Source of the DNA: Eledone cirrhosa
Taxonomy: Eukaryota
Length of the DNA stretch: 64,000 nt
NCBI GenBank assembly: GCA_964016885.1
Contig: OZ024746.1
Location: 41,416,001 to 41,480,000 of the forward strand
Direction of reading: 5' to 3'
Positions within the stretch are counted from its first letter, which is position 1; the number at the start of each line of letters is the position of its first letter. Below, one piece after another: positions 37,401 to 52,689 of the stretch. The position numbers and the translations under genes were made by a program. The notes under the pieces were generated by a model that ran no database searches, had not been told where the DNA came from, and saw only the letters and a list, made by a program, of their open reading frames with translations.

Positions 37401-39018
37401 GAAAATTTATTATGGGAAAATGTTATGAGATGTGTAAGATGGTGGAAACACAGTTAAATATATATATATAAAAATTCAACACTCAATAAAAGATGAATAA
37501 AAATTATTATACAAAGAATGGAATAGAATTATTGAAAATAATAGGACATACTCTATTTAATAAATTATTTATTTTTAATATGTAAATTATTTGATTTTTA
37601 TTTAGGCATTGACAAGTGCAATATCAATTTCTTGTCAACCAAATGTATGTGCATGTGTATGTGCATACAGATGCATGTGCACATGTGTGTCTGTTAACTG
37701 TGTGCATGTGTGTATATATATATGTATATATATAGGCACAATATTTCATTGACTGGGTTATATATTGTCCACTCTGGCAAAGAGTCAACAGTTCATCTAA
37801 CATCAATTATGCTGTGTTCTTGGACAAGACAGTGAACATTTGATTTATCAAGGTTCCACATGAGAAACAGTACTATAATGTAATTATAATGGTACTATTT
37901 AATTGGTGAATGAGTCATTAGTTTAAAGTTATGACTTTAACACCTACTAATTTATCCTTTCCCAACTAAACCATGCATAATAGATTGGCAACAACAGGTA
38001 TATTTTAATATTATTGCTATTACTATTATTATCATCATCAAAATCATCTTCTTTATCATTCTCCTCCTCATCATCATCATTATATTTGCTATATCATTTC
38101 AGGTGTGTGTTTTTGAGTATATTTGAACCAGATTTCTTACAATAACATGTCAACTCTCTTGATGCAGGATGAAAGATTAACATAAAAAAAATATCATAAT
38201 GGAAAAGAGTCATTTCAGGGAAGAGGAGAACCATTTTAACTGTTGTTAGATTTATGTTATTTGGAAACAAATCTACTTATTTAAAATATTATTCTTTTTT
38301 CTATTTTTCTGGGTTTTTTTTTTATTATATGCACTTCTATAAAACCTGTAGAAGGTTGTGAATTGGCAGAGTTGTTAGAACGTCAGGTAGAATGCTTTGT
38401 GTGGTATTTGTTCCAGTTCTATGTGCTCTGAGTTTAAAATCCTGCCAAAGTCAACTTTATCTTTCATCCTTTTAATGTCAATAAAAAAGTACCAGGTTAG
38501 TAGTTTAGTACTGGGGTCGATTCTTCTTCTACATCTTTCTCACTTCCTCCCTATCACTGTTTTTCTCTGGAAGAAATACTTCTCTGGAAGAAATCGGCTG
38601 TGTTTCAGCCTGGAGAGGGAAGAGTCCTGCCAGATTAAAAAAATATCCAAGCCAGGCTGTATATCACTACAGTGCCCCTACAACTTCACCAGGAGTTATA
38701 GGTCCATACATACAACAATAAGGTGTAAGTGAAGACTGACAATGAATATATGAAAGTGTCAGAGTAGCTGTGATGTTGGTATTTTCTTTTAACTTAGAGT
38801 CATTTATGAATTCATACTCTGACACTGATGCTATAAAATTCTTCTAGAAAAATGTTGAACAATATATTTCCTCCTTACCTGGCAGCAAAAGAGCAGGTAT
38901 GATGAAAGATAAGAAAGAATTACTAAGTAGTACAGTGCTAAACTACTAATGAGTAGTTTGCTGGTCTATAGTACCAAGGTCAAATAATATTCTAGGAAAC
39001 AATAATAAAAGTGTAGAA

Positions 39019-39019
39019 A

Positions 39020-39078
<59 letters not shown>

Positions 39079-39320
39079 GGTGGTGGTGGTGGTGGTGGTT
39101 ATTATTATTATTGTTGCTATTATTGTTGTTGTTGTGGTGGTAGTGGTGATGATGATTACAGAGGTGATGGTGCTAGCGATTGTGATGGCAGTGTGGTGGT
39201 GGTGATCATGATGATGGTGATCATGATGATGATGATGATTGTGAAGATGATGATGCTGATGCAAATGGTTATCACAGTTATTGTCACTGTCATGAATAGT
39301 ATCATTATCATCATCAGAAG
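39019..39320. repeat. Compound (GAT)n/(GGT)n/(GTT)n microsatellite; related tract at 42172-42317
   Basis: Directly visible. Confidence 0.9.
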
Positions 39321-42300
39321 TAATAACTCCAGCAGCCATATACATCAATAAGAAAAAAAAAACATCAATGTTTTAATCCTCCCTTTGCTCATAGTTCTAA
39401 GTTCCTCAGGTAGAGGGTTGAATAATGAGGTTAAGAAGAAGAGAGCTAATGAACACCTATTCAGACATCAAATGTTTTTACTTAAGTAAATCTTTAATGA
39501 AATAGTAATTCTCTCATTCATGGAGTTAACGATCCTTATAAGCCAATTAATGATAGATCACCTCATCACCTATATTTCTTATGATCAGATGCACATATTT
39601 TCTTTTTCATGTAGTTAAATGCTTTTTAAAGATATATGCTTTATTAATGATAAAATTATGCCAACATATTATATATCAAGATTTTGGAAATGTTACAAAG
39701 TAAAATATATTCAAGTATTCTCATCCAGAAATATCAAAACACATTTGCTCATGATAATCTAATGAGGCTTTAAACTTCCCTTCATTTCTCCCAAATACCT
39801 GTTTCTTGCTTCATCAATCATACCTTGATATCAAGTGTAGAGAATAGATCAATAGGGCTCCTTTGTAGCTATCATGAATAAATAAATAAAAGCAGAAAGC
39901 TTAGAGATATCAGTTATATTTTTGTAGATTGTTGTCCATAAAACACAAGAAGCTAATTATATGCTATAGACTAGTGTAACATTCAGATGTGTCTCTTATT
40001 CATATAGTGAGATCAAGCAGTGTCTTTCTCTCTGCTTCTATGACCTTTATACTATATTGCCTAAATTTACATCATGTTCTTTCTTTCTTTCTTTCCATAC
40101 CTCCCAGATTTATTTTCTACTAGATTATTCTCTACTAGAATTGCATTCTGATGGAGTTGTATTCTTCTCGGTAGTTCCCCCTCTACCCCAACCCACCCCA
40201 ATCATAATATTGTAACAATCTAAATAAAACATCAATTGCAATAACCTCTTTTTAGTTACCCTTATTCTCAAGCCAGAAAAGTCTGACATTTTTATGGACA
40301 CTCCCCCCACCTCTTCAGAGCAGAGAATGAAACAAAAAGTAGCTTAACTCCCAGCATAGAGGGCAAGCAAGCTGCTCAGTATAGATTTTTGGATCAGTCT
40401 GTAATTTTCAAGCTCAAGCTATTGTGAATGTCTGCTGCACAGTTGTCATTCTAATTTGTTAATAACTACAGAGTAACCATTATTGTACACCATTAACATT
40501 GTTAGTGTCGGTATTTTCTTTCTGTAGCATGACTGCACTTTGGTATGAATACGAGACTACATTGTTAACCTTTGCAAATTGTTAATGTTAATATATTTAT
40601 TGCACCAGAGTCTTCCTATCAGCAACATTGTACTTAGAAGTCAACCAAATCACTTATAGATGATTTATACATGCAGTCAGCCATCAAAGCCAGCAATCCT
40701 ACACTGGCTTATGTGGCACACAATCAATCAAGCCATTTCTCTTCCCAGCACCGCCCCATCAACAGATGGAAGCTATCATATTAGGAATAGAAGAGTTTTC
40801 CTGAGAATAAGGAGATAAAATGCATGGTGACAGGGAAAGCAGATAGAAATAAATTTATAGAAAGATTATAGGGAGCAAAATAGAGGAAAACAGAAGGAAA
40901 GAAAAAAAGCAATAGAGAAATAAAGGGGTTAACGCTTCAAAAGTTATTGGTTTTTGTGGACTGAAATGGAGCAATCCTCTCGGCCATGAAAGAAAGTTTG
41001 AAAATCTCTATAATCTTGTAGATTAAGTCAGGAATTGATCTTTATAAGATGTAATTTCTCTCTCATTACAATCAATGGCCAATCTCCAATTTCAGGAATT
41101 TCTTTTGAAAAGCATTTCTGTGACTAAAGTGCTTAATGGCCCAACTATTTAATATTCTTGTGTACTTCTGAACAGCAAGTACATAACGATTCCCAAATAA
41201 TTACACTTTCTTCTTTTGTTCAATGGCTTTTAAATTCTACAACAGGTTCATATTGGATCATAACATTTCTAAATGACTGACAGAAAATAGTCCTGTTTCA
41301 CTGAAAATTATTTCCACTTACAGGAATATATCACAATCAAACTCTGTTAATTTGGTGTTTGACAATAATCTTCATCTGGCAACGAATAATTTGTTTTTAG
41401 TTTATCAATATGCTTTATACACACATATATGCATACATACATGCATTGATACATACATACATGATGGCTGCAACTCGATTTTGAGTAATGCCATCACTTG
41501 ATACTTAAGCACGAGCATCATGGACATGGATTGTTAGTCCTGCTATGGACTTGCCTATGGCCAGCAATGCCATGTATTGCAAAAAATGACACATATCAAG
41601 TGGTGTCTGTGCTTGAATAATTTTTAAGTTAGGAAAGGCTTTGCATGGAGCCAATCCCACTCTCAGAACATCAAATGCATTTACCCAAAAAGTAGAACTG
41701 GTCTACATCATTGGATGCAAAGTTGCAGGTTTTATGTCATATCAGAGTGACCTTCTCCTAGAGAGATATCTTAATGAAGACTAGGAGTCTCTCACTCCAC
41801 ACACACACACAAATTAATATATACATTGGATGGGCAATGCTTCATTGGATAGGCAATGTAAATGTGAGAGAAAGGCAGAAGTTGAATGGACTGAGGGAGA
41901 AACTGGTGATGTTGACAATATATTGTGTGGGAATATTTCTGTGTTTGTCTCTTTCATTTCTTTTTTTTCTTTGCATTCAACACTGCAAGAGGTTATATTG
42001 GTTCATATTCTGCTTAAACAGAAATCTTGTTATTCAGCAGCTATACATTTGAAGTTCCAAAACTTACTAATAAAGCAAGTGAGAGTTAGTGTCAGAGAGG
42101 TCATCCAGTTAGAAAATTCAGCCTCAAAACGTCTCACCCAATCCATGCCAGCATGGATAATATGGATATAAAACTGATGAGGATGATAGTGGTGGTGATG
42201 TTGATGATGATGATGATGATGATGATGATGTTTGTGGTGGTGGTGGCGGTGATGATGATGATGGTTATCACAGTTATTGTGACTGTCATGGATAGTATCA

Positions 42301-42407
42301 TTATCATCATTAGAAGTGTTCCACCATTACATCTGGGAAGCCAAATTTTGTATGTCTGATTTAAGAATGCAACTAAGTCTGAATTAGTCTACCTTTGTTG
42401 TAGTTGT

Positions 42408-42525
42408 AAAGGCATGTGGTTTAGTGGATAGAGAATTAGATTTGCAACCATGAGGTTGCAAGTTCAATTCCTGGACCTGGTGATACGTTATTTTCTTGAG
42501 CAAGACACTTTATTTCATGCTGCTT
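42408..42525 (+). mobile_element. CORE-like SINE head fragment
   Basis: GGCATGTGGTTTAGTGG...AAGTTCAATTCC...CTTGAGCAAGACACTTTATTTCA. Confidence 0.7.
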
Positions 42526-44105
42526 TTTCTGACAGGAGCTACAATTGGTAGGTAGTATCAGCAATGGGAAGAAGACTAATGGAAACATTGTTTCCTTGGT
42601 CTGATTTGATGAGTTTCACTCCAATCAATAAGAAAATGAGGACTGGAAACTTCTTCTTTTCTCTTCTTTGTCATAGTTACCGTTTACAGCCAGCTTGAAA
42701 CATTTCTTCATTCTGTGAAATTCATCCATTCCCATCTCACATCCAAACCAAATGCAGTCACATCTTTGGCATGAATTGAACAAAACACCTTTAATACATA
42801 ATCACTTCTTCAGTAAATTTGCACCTGAATGTTCTGAATAAATGATTGTTTATATGGAAAAAAAATTTGCAGAGGGTATTTATTGTTATGGAATAAAGGA
42901 TAAAAGATGTAAAGCAAACAAATAAAATAAATATAAATAAAACAAAATTAATTTTTTTTTTACCTTAATAAAGGCAGCTGAGTTTCTTTTAGTATTTTGA
43001 AGGCAATCTCAAAAAAAGAGTCTCAAAAAATAAATATGATTTAAAAAACAAAAATTGGAAGGTAACTTAGATAGCTCAAAACACAATTGCATGTATACTC
43101 ACACATACACATGTACACCCACCTACAGAGGCTCACACTTTTACATTAAAACTACTAACAACCTAGCCACACATAAAAGCCGCTTTTTATGTGTCACATT
43201 TTTATATTTTGTTTATTTAACAAGATAATTGTTATGAGATTGTTATGAGTTCTAGAAGAATTAAGTAAGTTTTATAGCTTTCTCTTAACTCTCTGAAGAT
43301 TTGCATGATCAGGTATCGGTATATTGCTCAAGTTTTTTTTTTAATTGTTCCTCAAGTGCCAGCTTTTCATTCTGTTACCATTATTTAGATTCAGAATTGT
43401 CTGTTAGTTGACAATGATAGTGCAGAAACTCAGTAAAAAGTCAAAGCCAATTCTTTCTTAGGTGGAAAATAAAAGAAGAAACCCACACAAAACAAAACAA
43501 TAGACTCCAAACTTACTCATTTATCAAATATTTTTCTCCTCTGGGAGTATTTTCAATAGTAACTGATAAATAACACTTCGTTTTGGGTAGCATTTTGATA
43601 ATTTACTGCTTTACTTTGATAGAGTTGATGTCGTATGGAATGATTCATCACCTTAATATACCACTCTCTACTGTAGGAAAACAAAAATCTAGAAATAATT
43701 ATTTTCCTTCCCTTTTGTAAAGTTAGTAACAAAATTTTGTTTTACTTTTATATTAATGGAAATTGGCAACCGTTCTAAAGGCGTCTTGTGGCTAAATAAA
43801 TTATTTCATATTGGATATCTTTCTGTGGACAGACATTTATGAATAAAAACACAATGAAATGACAAAAGCAGAAATAGCAACAGCAGCAGCTGAAATAAGA
43901 AGTAGTATAAGATTTTCGTGTTAGGATATTTTGAAGATAGAAGACAACTACGTATCCTGTGGATATTTTCAATCTTGAAATGTGGTTCTGTTTCATGCTA
44001 AGCATTCTTGAAATGAAACAATCAATTAAAAGAGAAAAGTGATAATTATGAAACAATTTATGCATTAGATATATTTGACTAGTTGCTCCTTTCATCATTT
44101 CTGTT

Positions 44106-44106
<1 letters not shown>

Positions 44107-44198
<92 letters not shown>
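44107..44198. repeat. (GA)n microsatellite
   Basis: Directly visible. Confidence 0.95.
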
Positions 44199-45562
44199 TT
44201 GATGGAGTTGTTAATGATGTAGAACAATAACTTGTTGAATTGTCCACACTCCTCACCCACAGTTACCCACCTAACTCATGAATAAATCTAGATGAGATCT
44301 TATCTTGTAATTTATTTTTGAAAAAGGTGTGGAATGTGTGTGTGTGGGGTGGGGTGGGGGTTGGAGGAGGAGGAGAGTGATTGAAGTATATTGAGAAGTA
44401 ATCAGCGATGATTTGTTTAATATCATTTAACTTTGAATCCTGAACTAAAGTAAATGATGAAGCCTCTTATAATTATTGCACAATGTAATATATCATCTAA
44501 TTATATATATTCATTATAATTGCATACAAAATGCTCGATGAGCTTTTCTGTTATATGTAACATATAAAGTAAAATAATTATGTGATTAGTTTTGTTATGT
44601 AAATGGTTCTATTTCTCTAATGACAATCTTTTCCTGTCCTTTTTGATGGGAGACCTCCAAGTAATTATTGCATGATATTGGAGTATATCTCAATCTCTAC
44701 AATTACAATACATATTTTGCTAAAATTTCAATTCTTGGTTCTAGCTATTACCATTCACTTTGATCACTAATGTTACTGTTAAAGCACAAGCAAAACAAAA
44801 TTCAATTTTCTTTTCTCATAGAAATATAAGAACTTGACCATACCTAACAACTGAGGAGTTATTCAATGATTTATAGATTTTAGATTAATTTAACCTGATA
44901 TTAATGAAACAGAAATGGGCTCCTGAAGTGACAGTGAAGACAACCCATCTAGGAGAAACAGTAACTCTGAATAAAAACTACACAAAGGAGACATACACTT
45001 AGTTGATACAGTAAAGTGGTTGGTAATAAGGACATTCAACCAGTAAAATCATACCAAAACTACAAGTAGTAAACTTATGGAAGCATGAAAAAAAATGCAT
45101 ATAAAAATGATGATGTGGATAATGATGACTGGCATCTCTCTGAACTCAATAGAAATAAGCACTCTTAGTAAATTAGAAATACTTTTAATTAAAAGCATGC
45201 CTATTCTTTTTGTTTCTAGGTTATACACTAGTATGCCATAGTTATCTTTGTAGGTCTACTGAACAAGAACTGTCTGGAGATTATATCTGCAATACACCAT
45301 ATATATTCTTATGTTATATTATATATCATTGATTTCTAAAATTGGCACAAGATTGCATATGTTGTGGCACAGGTTTCCTCTTAGTCTTCTATTATAATTT
45401 CATTCATGTCTATGGTGCATTATAGGACTATTAAACCTATATATGACTTGTGCTTTATTTTTGACTTAATCAATCACAATGGTTGTCTGGTACTTATGGA
45501 AGATTGCTAATCAAAGCTTACCTTGGAATAATTTGAACACAGAACATACAGCAAAATAAATA

Positions 45563-45771
45563 AATTTAGCAACATATTTAAACTGGCTGTATCTGACCAG
45601 AATTTTCTCACCTCTTTCTGTTCAAACCGGCCACTCATACTGACGTTAAGGTATTGTTCTGAAAATAAATAGCAACATCAAAATCTCGTAGATCCGATAT
45701 TATGTGAGGTAAAGCCTTTACCATGAAAATTCAATAGTAAATATAGAGTAATGTAAATGCTAAAGGGTTAA
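45563..45771. mobile_element. piggyBac-type MITE, left end damaged
   Basis: Colinear with 981-1196. Ends TAAATGCTAAAGGGTTAA. Confidence 0.75.
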
Positions 45772-48700
45772 ACCATTGTTGCCATTTCCTGCCCTTATTT
45801 ATTATATTAAGATTAAATGAGATGTAAGGAAACACTAACCCTAAACTCTGAATGATTTTACACCAATCTATGAAAGTCAAGTTGTTAGTGTTGTTGTTTC
45901 TCAATCAATGCTGTTCCAGCTGTGACCATTCTATCTCTTAATCAACATAGTGTATCTAAAACTACATTATCTAGTGTGTCTTTCATTATTTAAAGATAGT
46001 AGATTTGTTAGAGATTTGGCTGCTATTTCTTGTAGGTTGAGAGATCATATAGAGGCTCCATAGATGTTAACACATAGATCATTGCTTTAAACATGGAAGA
46101 TACATGATTATTTGGTAGTGTCATTATGAAACACAGTGACAGTATATATGTTATATCAAATTAAATCAAGACCTGCCCTAACCATTATGTCCAGTCCTTC
46201 TTTGCCAGAATGTCGGCCTTCAGGCAAAAGCTATGTACAGAGTCCCTTCCAGTTCTAGACCAAATCAATAAAAAAAAAAGAAATGACTAGAAAAATTATT
46301 ATAGCAATATCAGTTATTTCTTCACTCATTTCTAAGACAGGATATAGAATAAAAGTCACAACTCTCTATATATATGATATATATGATATATAAAAGTTTA
46401 AATGAGAGAGAAAATGGGCATAAGAGGGATCAGCTGCAGTTTGCAAGAGAGAAGATTGTAGTTGTATGGCCATATGATGCAGGGCCTTGAAGTTGCAGGA
46501 AACTATGAAGAGGAAAACCCAGGAAAACTTGGAATGAAGTGATAAAAGCTGATCTTGCACAATTAAACCTTTCAAAGGTGATGGCACAGGGTCAAGACTG
46601 CTGGTAATATGCTGTACAGCAGAAGACCCTTCCTCCCATATACACAGGATGAAGCAAACATCTGGAGGACATAAGTCTGAAGCAATCTTCCACCCTCCTG
46701 ACCATAGCCCTTGCCTCACCTTAATATTCACCCATCCCTGGCCTGCATACATGTTTCATCCACTCCCATACATATAAGGATGTAAAACTGAATATGCTCC
46801 ACACCTGATTTCCCACAATCCTGCCACCACACAAAAAAAACAAAACAAAAATACACTTAAGCCACCCTGTAAGTTGATTGTGCTGATGACAACAAAAGGC
46901 ACACAATCTTCCCTATTAGGCAGTCATACTGGTGACACAACAAAAAGCACCCAGTCCACTCTGTTTGTATGACAGTCGCCACTAACATCTTACTTCCACT
47001 GTTTACATTGGTCATCCATAAATAATACATCTAGCAGTATAGTGGTTTGTGGAACATTAGTGGTACATACCATATTTAAAAAAGAAAATAAATTATGGGT
47101 TGGTGTCACGAAGGGTAACCAGTCTTAGAAAACCTTCTTCAAACTGTCTCAAGTATGAATAAAGTGCATGTAAAAATAATGATGATGGTGATGAAAAGAG
47201 GATGAGGATGATGATGAAAAGGATGATGATACTCTGATATAATAATTAATATCTTCTTATAAGAGGTAGGAATTAATATTGAGAGATGAAGACATGGTAT
47301 TTATTTTGTTGTTTCATTTACTGAAAAGTCCATGAATTAATTCTATTGAAATTGAAAATATAAAAACAAAATAAAATAAAATAAAAAATAAAGCTAAAAC
47401 CCACCAGTTATTTGCTTCTGTCCAATATCAGATGAAAACTAGAAATATGAAACCGATAGAAAGCAGTTGATGTGATATTTGTTGAGATGAAAAGAAATAT
47501 AAGGAGGATCCTGTGAAGTTACACTCCTACCACACCCATACAAAGTTACACTCCTACCACACCCTTTATACAAAGATACAGATTTTAAAAGAACAACAAT
47601 TAATGAAACAAAATTTGAATAAGATAATATCCTCAAATGAAAACTGGACAAATGATACAATGTTGGCGTGTTTGACAACCTCATTATAGTGGGAAAACGA
47701 AATGCTTAGAGACGAAGAGAAAATCCCTTAAAAGACCATCGTTGCAGCAATATAAAAGAACAATTATATTTTATTCATAAAGAAACAAGCTACTTTCTGA
47801 GATTTGGTACCATGTGATCTATTTTTCAATGGAAATTTATTGAAGCTTTCATTTGTTCTCTAAAGTTTGCACTAAATGACATACTTTCTGATAACAATAT
47901 TACAATTATGTAAAGATTATTCAATAAACAGAAAAAAACTTTTGAATAAAATTGAATGCAATCATATGGGGAAATATATTGTTTTGTATTAATATAGAAC
48001 AGGAGTGTTTACATTTTGTCCTATCTTGATATTTGTTTCTCTTTGTTTTTTATTTCCCATGTAACTCTCTTCTTTCTAGTTGTTATAAAAACAGTAAGAA
48101 GAGCAACACTTAGAGTAATACAGATAATACTGTGATGGAGTCGAATAGAAGATTGGAATGATTTCGTTATTAAGTTTGATTGAACTATCAATCAGAAAAT
48201 CTGCAGATGATTTAAGATAAACAATCAGTTATGTTTGAGTGTTATATTATAAAGGATATAAGTGAAAGAAGTAAATCATACATAGAATAATGGAATATAG
48301 TACTAAATATTCTCGAACAAGAAACCTTTGGACAAAATGGATTCTCCTAAGGGTACCCAATGGTTCACTACTCAAGTATAGAGTAAGAGTTAAAGAATGA
48401 AATTGCTGCTACTTTGATATAAATATTTTGTCATTTTACCAAGTGTTATAATGGTGTGACACACCTGTTTGTATATCTGTACGAAACGAAGGTAACACCC
48501 AAGGTATTCACCAGGCGTAATTATGAACTACCAGCAAGAGACTACAATGAGATTCCATACACAGAGTCTCCCTGACAATTCACTTCAGTTTTATAGGCTT
48601 TTCGCCTAGTTCACTTTTAGTCATGCAGGGATATTCAGGTCCCCCCACAACACTAAGATTCTATTTATATTTTATTTTATTCTCTATTAATGCCATTCAT

Positions 48701-49067
48701 CCTTTTCTTTGTACTTGTTGATATGAAGCAGCCTATGGCATTTACAATTTATTGGTTTTCTTGTAAACACTTCTATCTCTTTATTTCTAGCTCATTAATT
48801 GCACTTGGTTGAGATGTTAATTTTAATCTTTTGAACATAAAGAAGATAGTTCAGATTAAGGATTATGTTTGTTCCTCAGTAGAAAATTGATGAACCAATT
48901 CTTAATTGTGTAAAACCGTCGATGATCTGATCACACAAGCAAATTGAAGGTGGCATTGAATCATTGCTATGTTTGGTAGTTTTGTTTTCTAATTTGGATG
49001 AGTATGAGTCCAGAATATAAGGTTCAAACATTGACAGTAGAGTCCAGTATATAAGGTTCAAACATTG

Positions 49068-49226
49068 GACACCATGCTTTGACGCATAGAGTTACGGCCC
49101 TTGCCATTCTGAGTTCAAATCTCGTCAAGGTTAACTTTGCCTTTCATCCTTACGGGGGTCGATAAAATAAAGTACCAGTAATGCGCTGGGATAATTGCTG
49201 GCCTTGTGCCAAAAGTAGAAACAATT
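49068..49226 (+). mobile_element. SINE family A, 5'-truncated
   Basis: Body and tail match. Confidence 0.88.
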
Positions 49227-49379
49227 ATATATTTGAATTTTCATAATGTTCTGTGAGTATCTGGAGGTAAATTGGTTGAGACCTAGAGCACAAGACAAAA
49301 TGTTTGAAGTATTTCTTCCAACTCTCTTCACTCCAATTTCAAATCCTGTTGATGTCATATATATATATAGAGAAAGATG

Positions 49380-49590
49380 GAGAGAAACCAGTTGGATGGC
49401 TTTCTTTTCAATGAGGTCTAAGATGTTTGTGTGCTCCCAGATGTGGGAGCAGCATTCCATTGAAAGTCTCAGTTGAGACCTTTAGAAGGCTGTCAACAGA
49501 TGACAAGAACTAATGTATTCTCTGATCCTGAAGCGGAAGGCTAGCATTTGAGATGCATATTTAGCTGTTGTTATCTATGTGAGATTACCG
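49380..49590 (-). pseudogene. Jockey/CR1-group LINE RT-thumb relic
   Basis: MECCSHIWE...LDLIEKKAIQLV resembles the MEYCSHIW..LDxxQxKAxRLI motif. Confidence 0.55.
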
Positions 49591-50529
49591 CAAGAGATCA
49601 CCGAGGATTGTGAGGCTTAGCATTTGTAGTGATATAGAGGGTTTCAGTTATGTGGTGTTCACACCTAGTGTGATTGAGATTCAAGTTTTTTTCTTTGATA
49701 TGAGCAGTGTTTGTGATGTGAATTTGTGTAGCATATTTGAAAGAAACATAGCAGAATTTTAACCGCAGATTAAGAATTATTTCAAGCAAAAGAAACAAAC
49801 ACGATCACTGCAATTGCATAAATTTTAGTCATTAATCAGTTGATAAATATGAACATATTTTCCTAATAGTATTATTATATTTATTGTTAGAAATATATTT
49901 CAATAAACTTTCTTTAGCTGTAAAATTATACTCTAGGTGAAGAATCTTTTGCTTTGACTCTTTTATCAAAATAAATAATGACTGCATAGACACTGGAAAT
50001 GTTTGTTTTGTAGAGGGGGAATATTAAAGAAGCCAGAAAAATGTTAATCTTGGGAAACCAGATGTTTTCTCTGTATCAAGAATTATCTAATAGGGAATCA
50101 TTTGTTAACTCTCATGTTTCTCCATAAGTATCTGAGGTTGATATTCAACGATATTTTATCAGTGTTGGTCAACATTAGGTTTCTCTGTTTTTCTTCCTGT
50201 CTATTTTGTTGCCATGGATATGAAAGTTTGTAAAACTGATATTAAATACTTCTTTTATAAAAATTATTTGTACAAACTTGTTATTTTAGATGTGTCTATT
50301 TGAAGTGTCATTCACAATCGTATTTTATTATAATATCATTTTGATAAATGACAGGATAATGTAAATCAAATGATATTTAATAGCATAATACTTATTTATT
50401 TTATTGAAGGTTAGTTCAATGGTTAAAACACTTGACATAAAAATTGAAGGGTTTTCTAACATAAATCATCTTTCCACAGGCCATATTAAAAACCATGTTT
50501 GTGTGTGTGTGTATATATATTTTTCATTT

Positions 50530-50862
50530 TTCCATTTCATTTCATTTTTACGTCCGCTTTTTCCCTGCTTGCAAGGGTGGGACAGGAACTGATTCTGGCT
50601 TGATTTCTACAGTTGGATGCCCTTCCTAACACCAACCTCATTTACAGTGAGTGCTGGGTGCTTTTTTGCCATGGCACCTCCACGACCACTTTGCAGTGGA
50701 ATGATAGGGACCCCAGTCCCCATCATCTCATTTCTGCAGCTGAGTAAACTGGAGCAATGTGAAATAAAGTGTGTTGCTCAAGGAAACAACACATCACCCG
50801 GTCTGAGAATTGAACTCACAACCTTTCGATTGCAAGGCCAATGCTCTAACCACTAAGCCATA
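50530..50862 (-). mobile_element. SINE family B
   Basis: Near-identical to 13951-14282. Confidence 0.9.
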
Positions 50863-52689
50863 CATACATATATGTATATTCATCATCATTAAAAATATGT
50901 GTCTGTGTGAGTATAGGTACAATTTCACATACAAATCCACACAAGCACACATTCATAAACATATACTGTTAAATCTATTTTCCCCTTATGCTGGATGTTA
51001 TCCTTTAAAATTTATGTAATAAACATCTGAATTGAAATCTAGTTAGCAATTAATTCTCCATTATTCCCTCTATAATCTTATGTGCTGATGAGGTGGTGTA
51101 GTCAGAGGTCTACCATCAAGTTTGTCTGTTAGAGAATATACCAACTTGATCACTCATTGACTAAACTCAATAGAAATCAGTTTGATGCACTAGAAGCACT
51201 CAATCTGACAGATCCATTTGCAGGGACTTTGACAACCACATCACATCAAACAATACAAGTAGCATAGTTGTAAAGCTCCATTATTGCAGCTCAATATGGC
51301 AAGATCTCTTATTTCTGACCAATATTACTTATGTCACATAAAAATAATTTTGAACATTTTGAAAACCTTTGCTTCTTGACTATTTTATCTCCTTTGCTTC
51401 TTAACCAGCCTATTGCCCATTAGAAATCAGTGACTTGAAAGGGTGTCAGCATAAAAGGGAAAAATCTTATTTCAGCATTTCAGACAATATTTATAAAGAC
51501 GTTTAATGTTTGTGGTCCAGTTGTATTATCAGTGATGCAATCAATATTGTATTCATTTCTGTGACATTTCAATAAACGGCATGTGTAGAGATAAAGCAGT
51601 CACTGACTGACTTTCATATCGACATAGCTCAGCAGGCAAAACATTGATAACAATATATGCTAGAGAAGAGTGGAAAACATACTGCAGAAAGTGTAGCTTT
51701 GTCTTTCAGTGAATTCTGATACACTTTAGAAATTACATATTTTGGACTAGTGATATGATAAGTGAAGGAACACACTCACAACCTTGGAGACATATAAATT
51801 CTACTCTGTTACATCAATAGAAGTGTTTGATCTGCAGTATCTAAACTATAATAAAGGAAGGTCTACAGGACTGTGTACGGTTTATTTCTTTTAATCCAGT
51901 TAGTAAAATAAGTTGGATTATTTTGAATAAATAATGAATGAATATTACATAATTTATGTACTAAATTTCGTAAACATAAATAATTTTGTAAAAATAAATA
52001 ATTTAAAATTGACTTCTTTTCAAAGTTGCACTTCCGGTATATCGTTGCCATCATCACCACTTCAACTACCATATATATAGAGAGAGTGTGTGATGAGAGA
52101 GATAGAGAGATTATGATTTTCTACATGCTGACGTGTATGAGTGAGCACATACATACATCTATATGTATAAGTATATAACTATTATGAGTATATAACTATA
52201 ATCGCGCAAACACAAACTTATAAAGATACACACTCACGGACATAATTCACACAAATACACATACATACATTCACATATACATTTACACAAACATACATAC
52301 ATTCACACATATACATTTACACAAACACACACATAGTCATGATAGCAGCGTTCCATGAAATTGTAAATGGGTATAAAGAGGTATAACGTTTATAATGTAT
52401 ATATAACGTATATATAAAGAGGTATAACGTTTTATTTATTTATTAACTCTTTTTTTTTTAAACTCATTTACTATAATGGTTACAGAATGAAAACACTAAC
52501 AAATATAATATATACAAAGGAAAGGGAAAGGAAAAAAAGAAAGAGAAAAAATACACAAGCAGGTAATACATATATCTTAGGCCACTGAACAATATGCAGG
52601 CAAAAGAGTGGGAAAACCAGCCGCTACCAGAGCAAAAGATAGCAATATAGCGAGGAGCACTGAGAAACCTCTCTAATAATTTTGGAGGC

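Noticed and set aside
43519-43672. Minus-strand segment with good acceptor (TTTTCCTACAG) and donor (GTAAGT)
   Set aside because: Stops in all three frames. It could be a non-coding exon but is unsupported without RNA data.
47516-49068. Short tandem duplications (27 bp at ~47516-47572, 34 bp at ~49006-49068)
   Set aside because: Ordinary local slippage duplications with no further structure.
51085-51130. CTGATGA followed by a hairpin
   Set aside because: No GAAA or stem I/III, so it is not a hammerhead.
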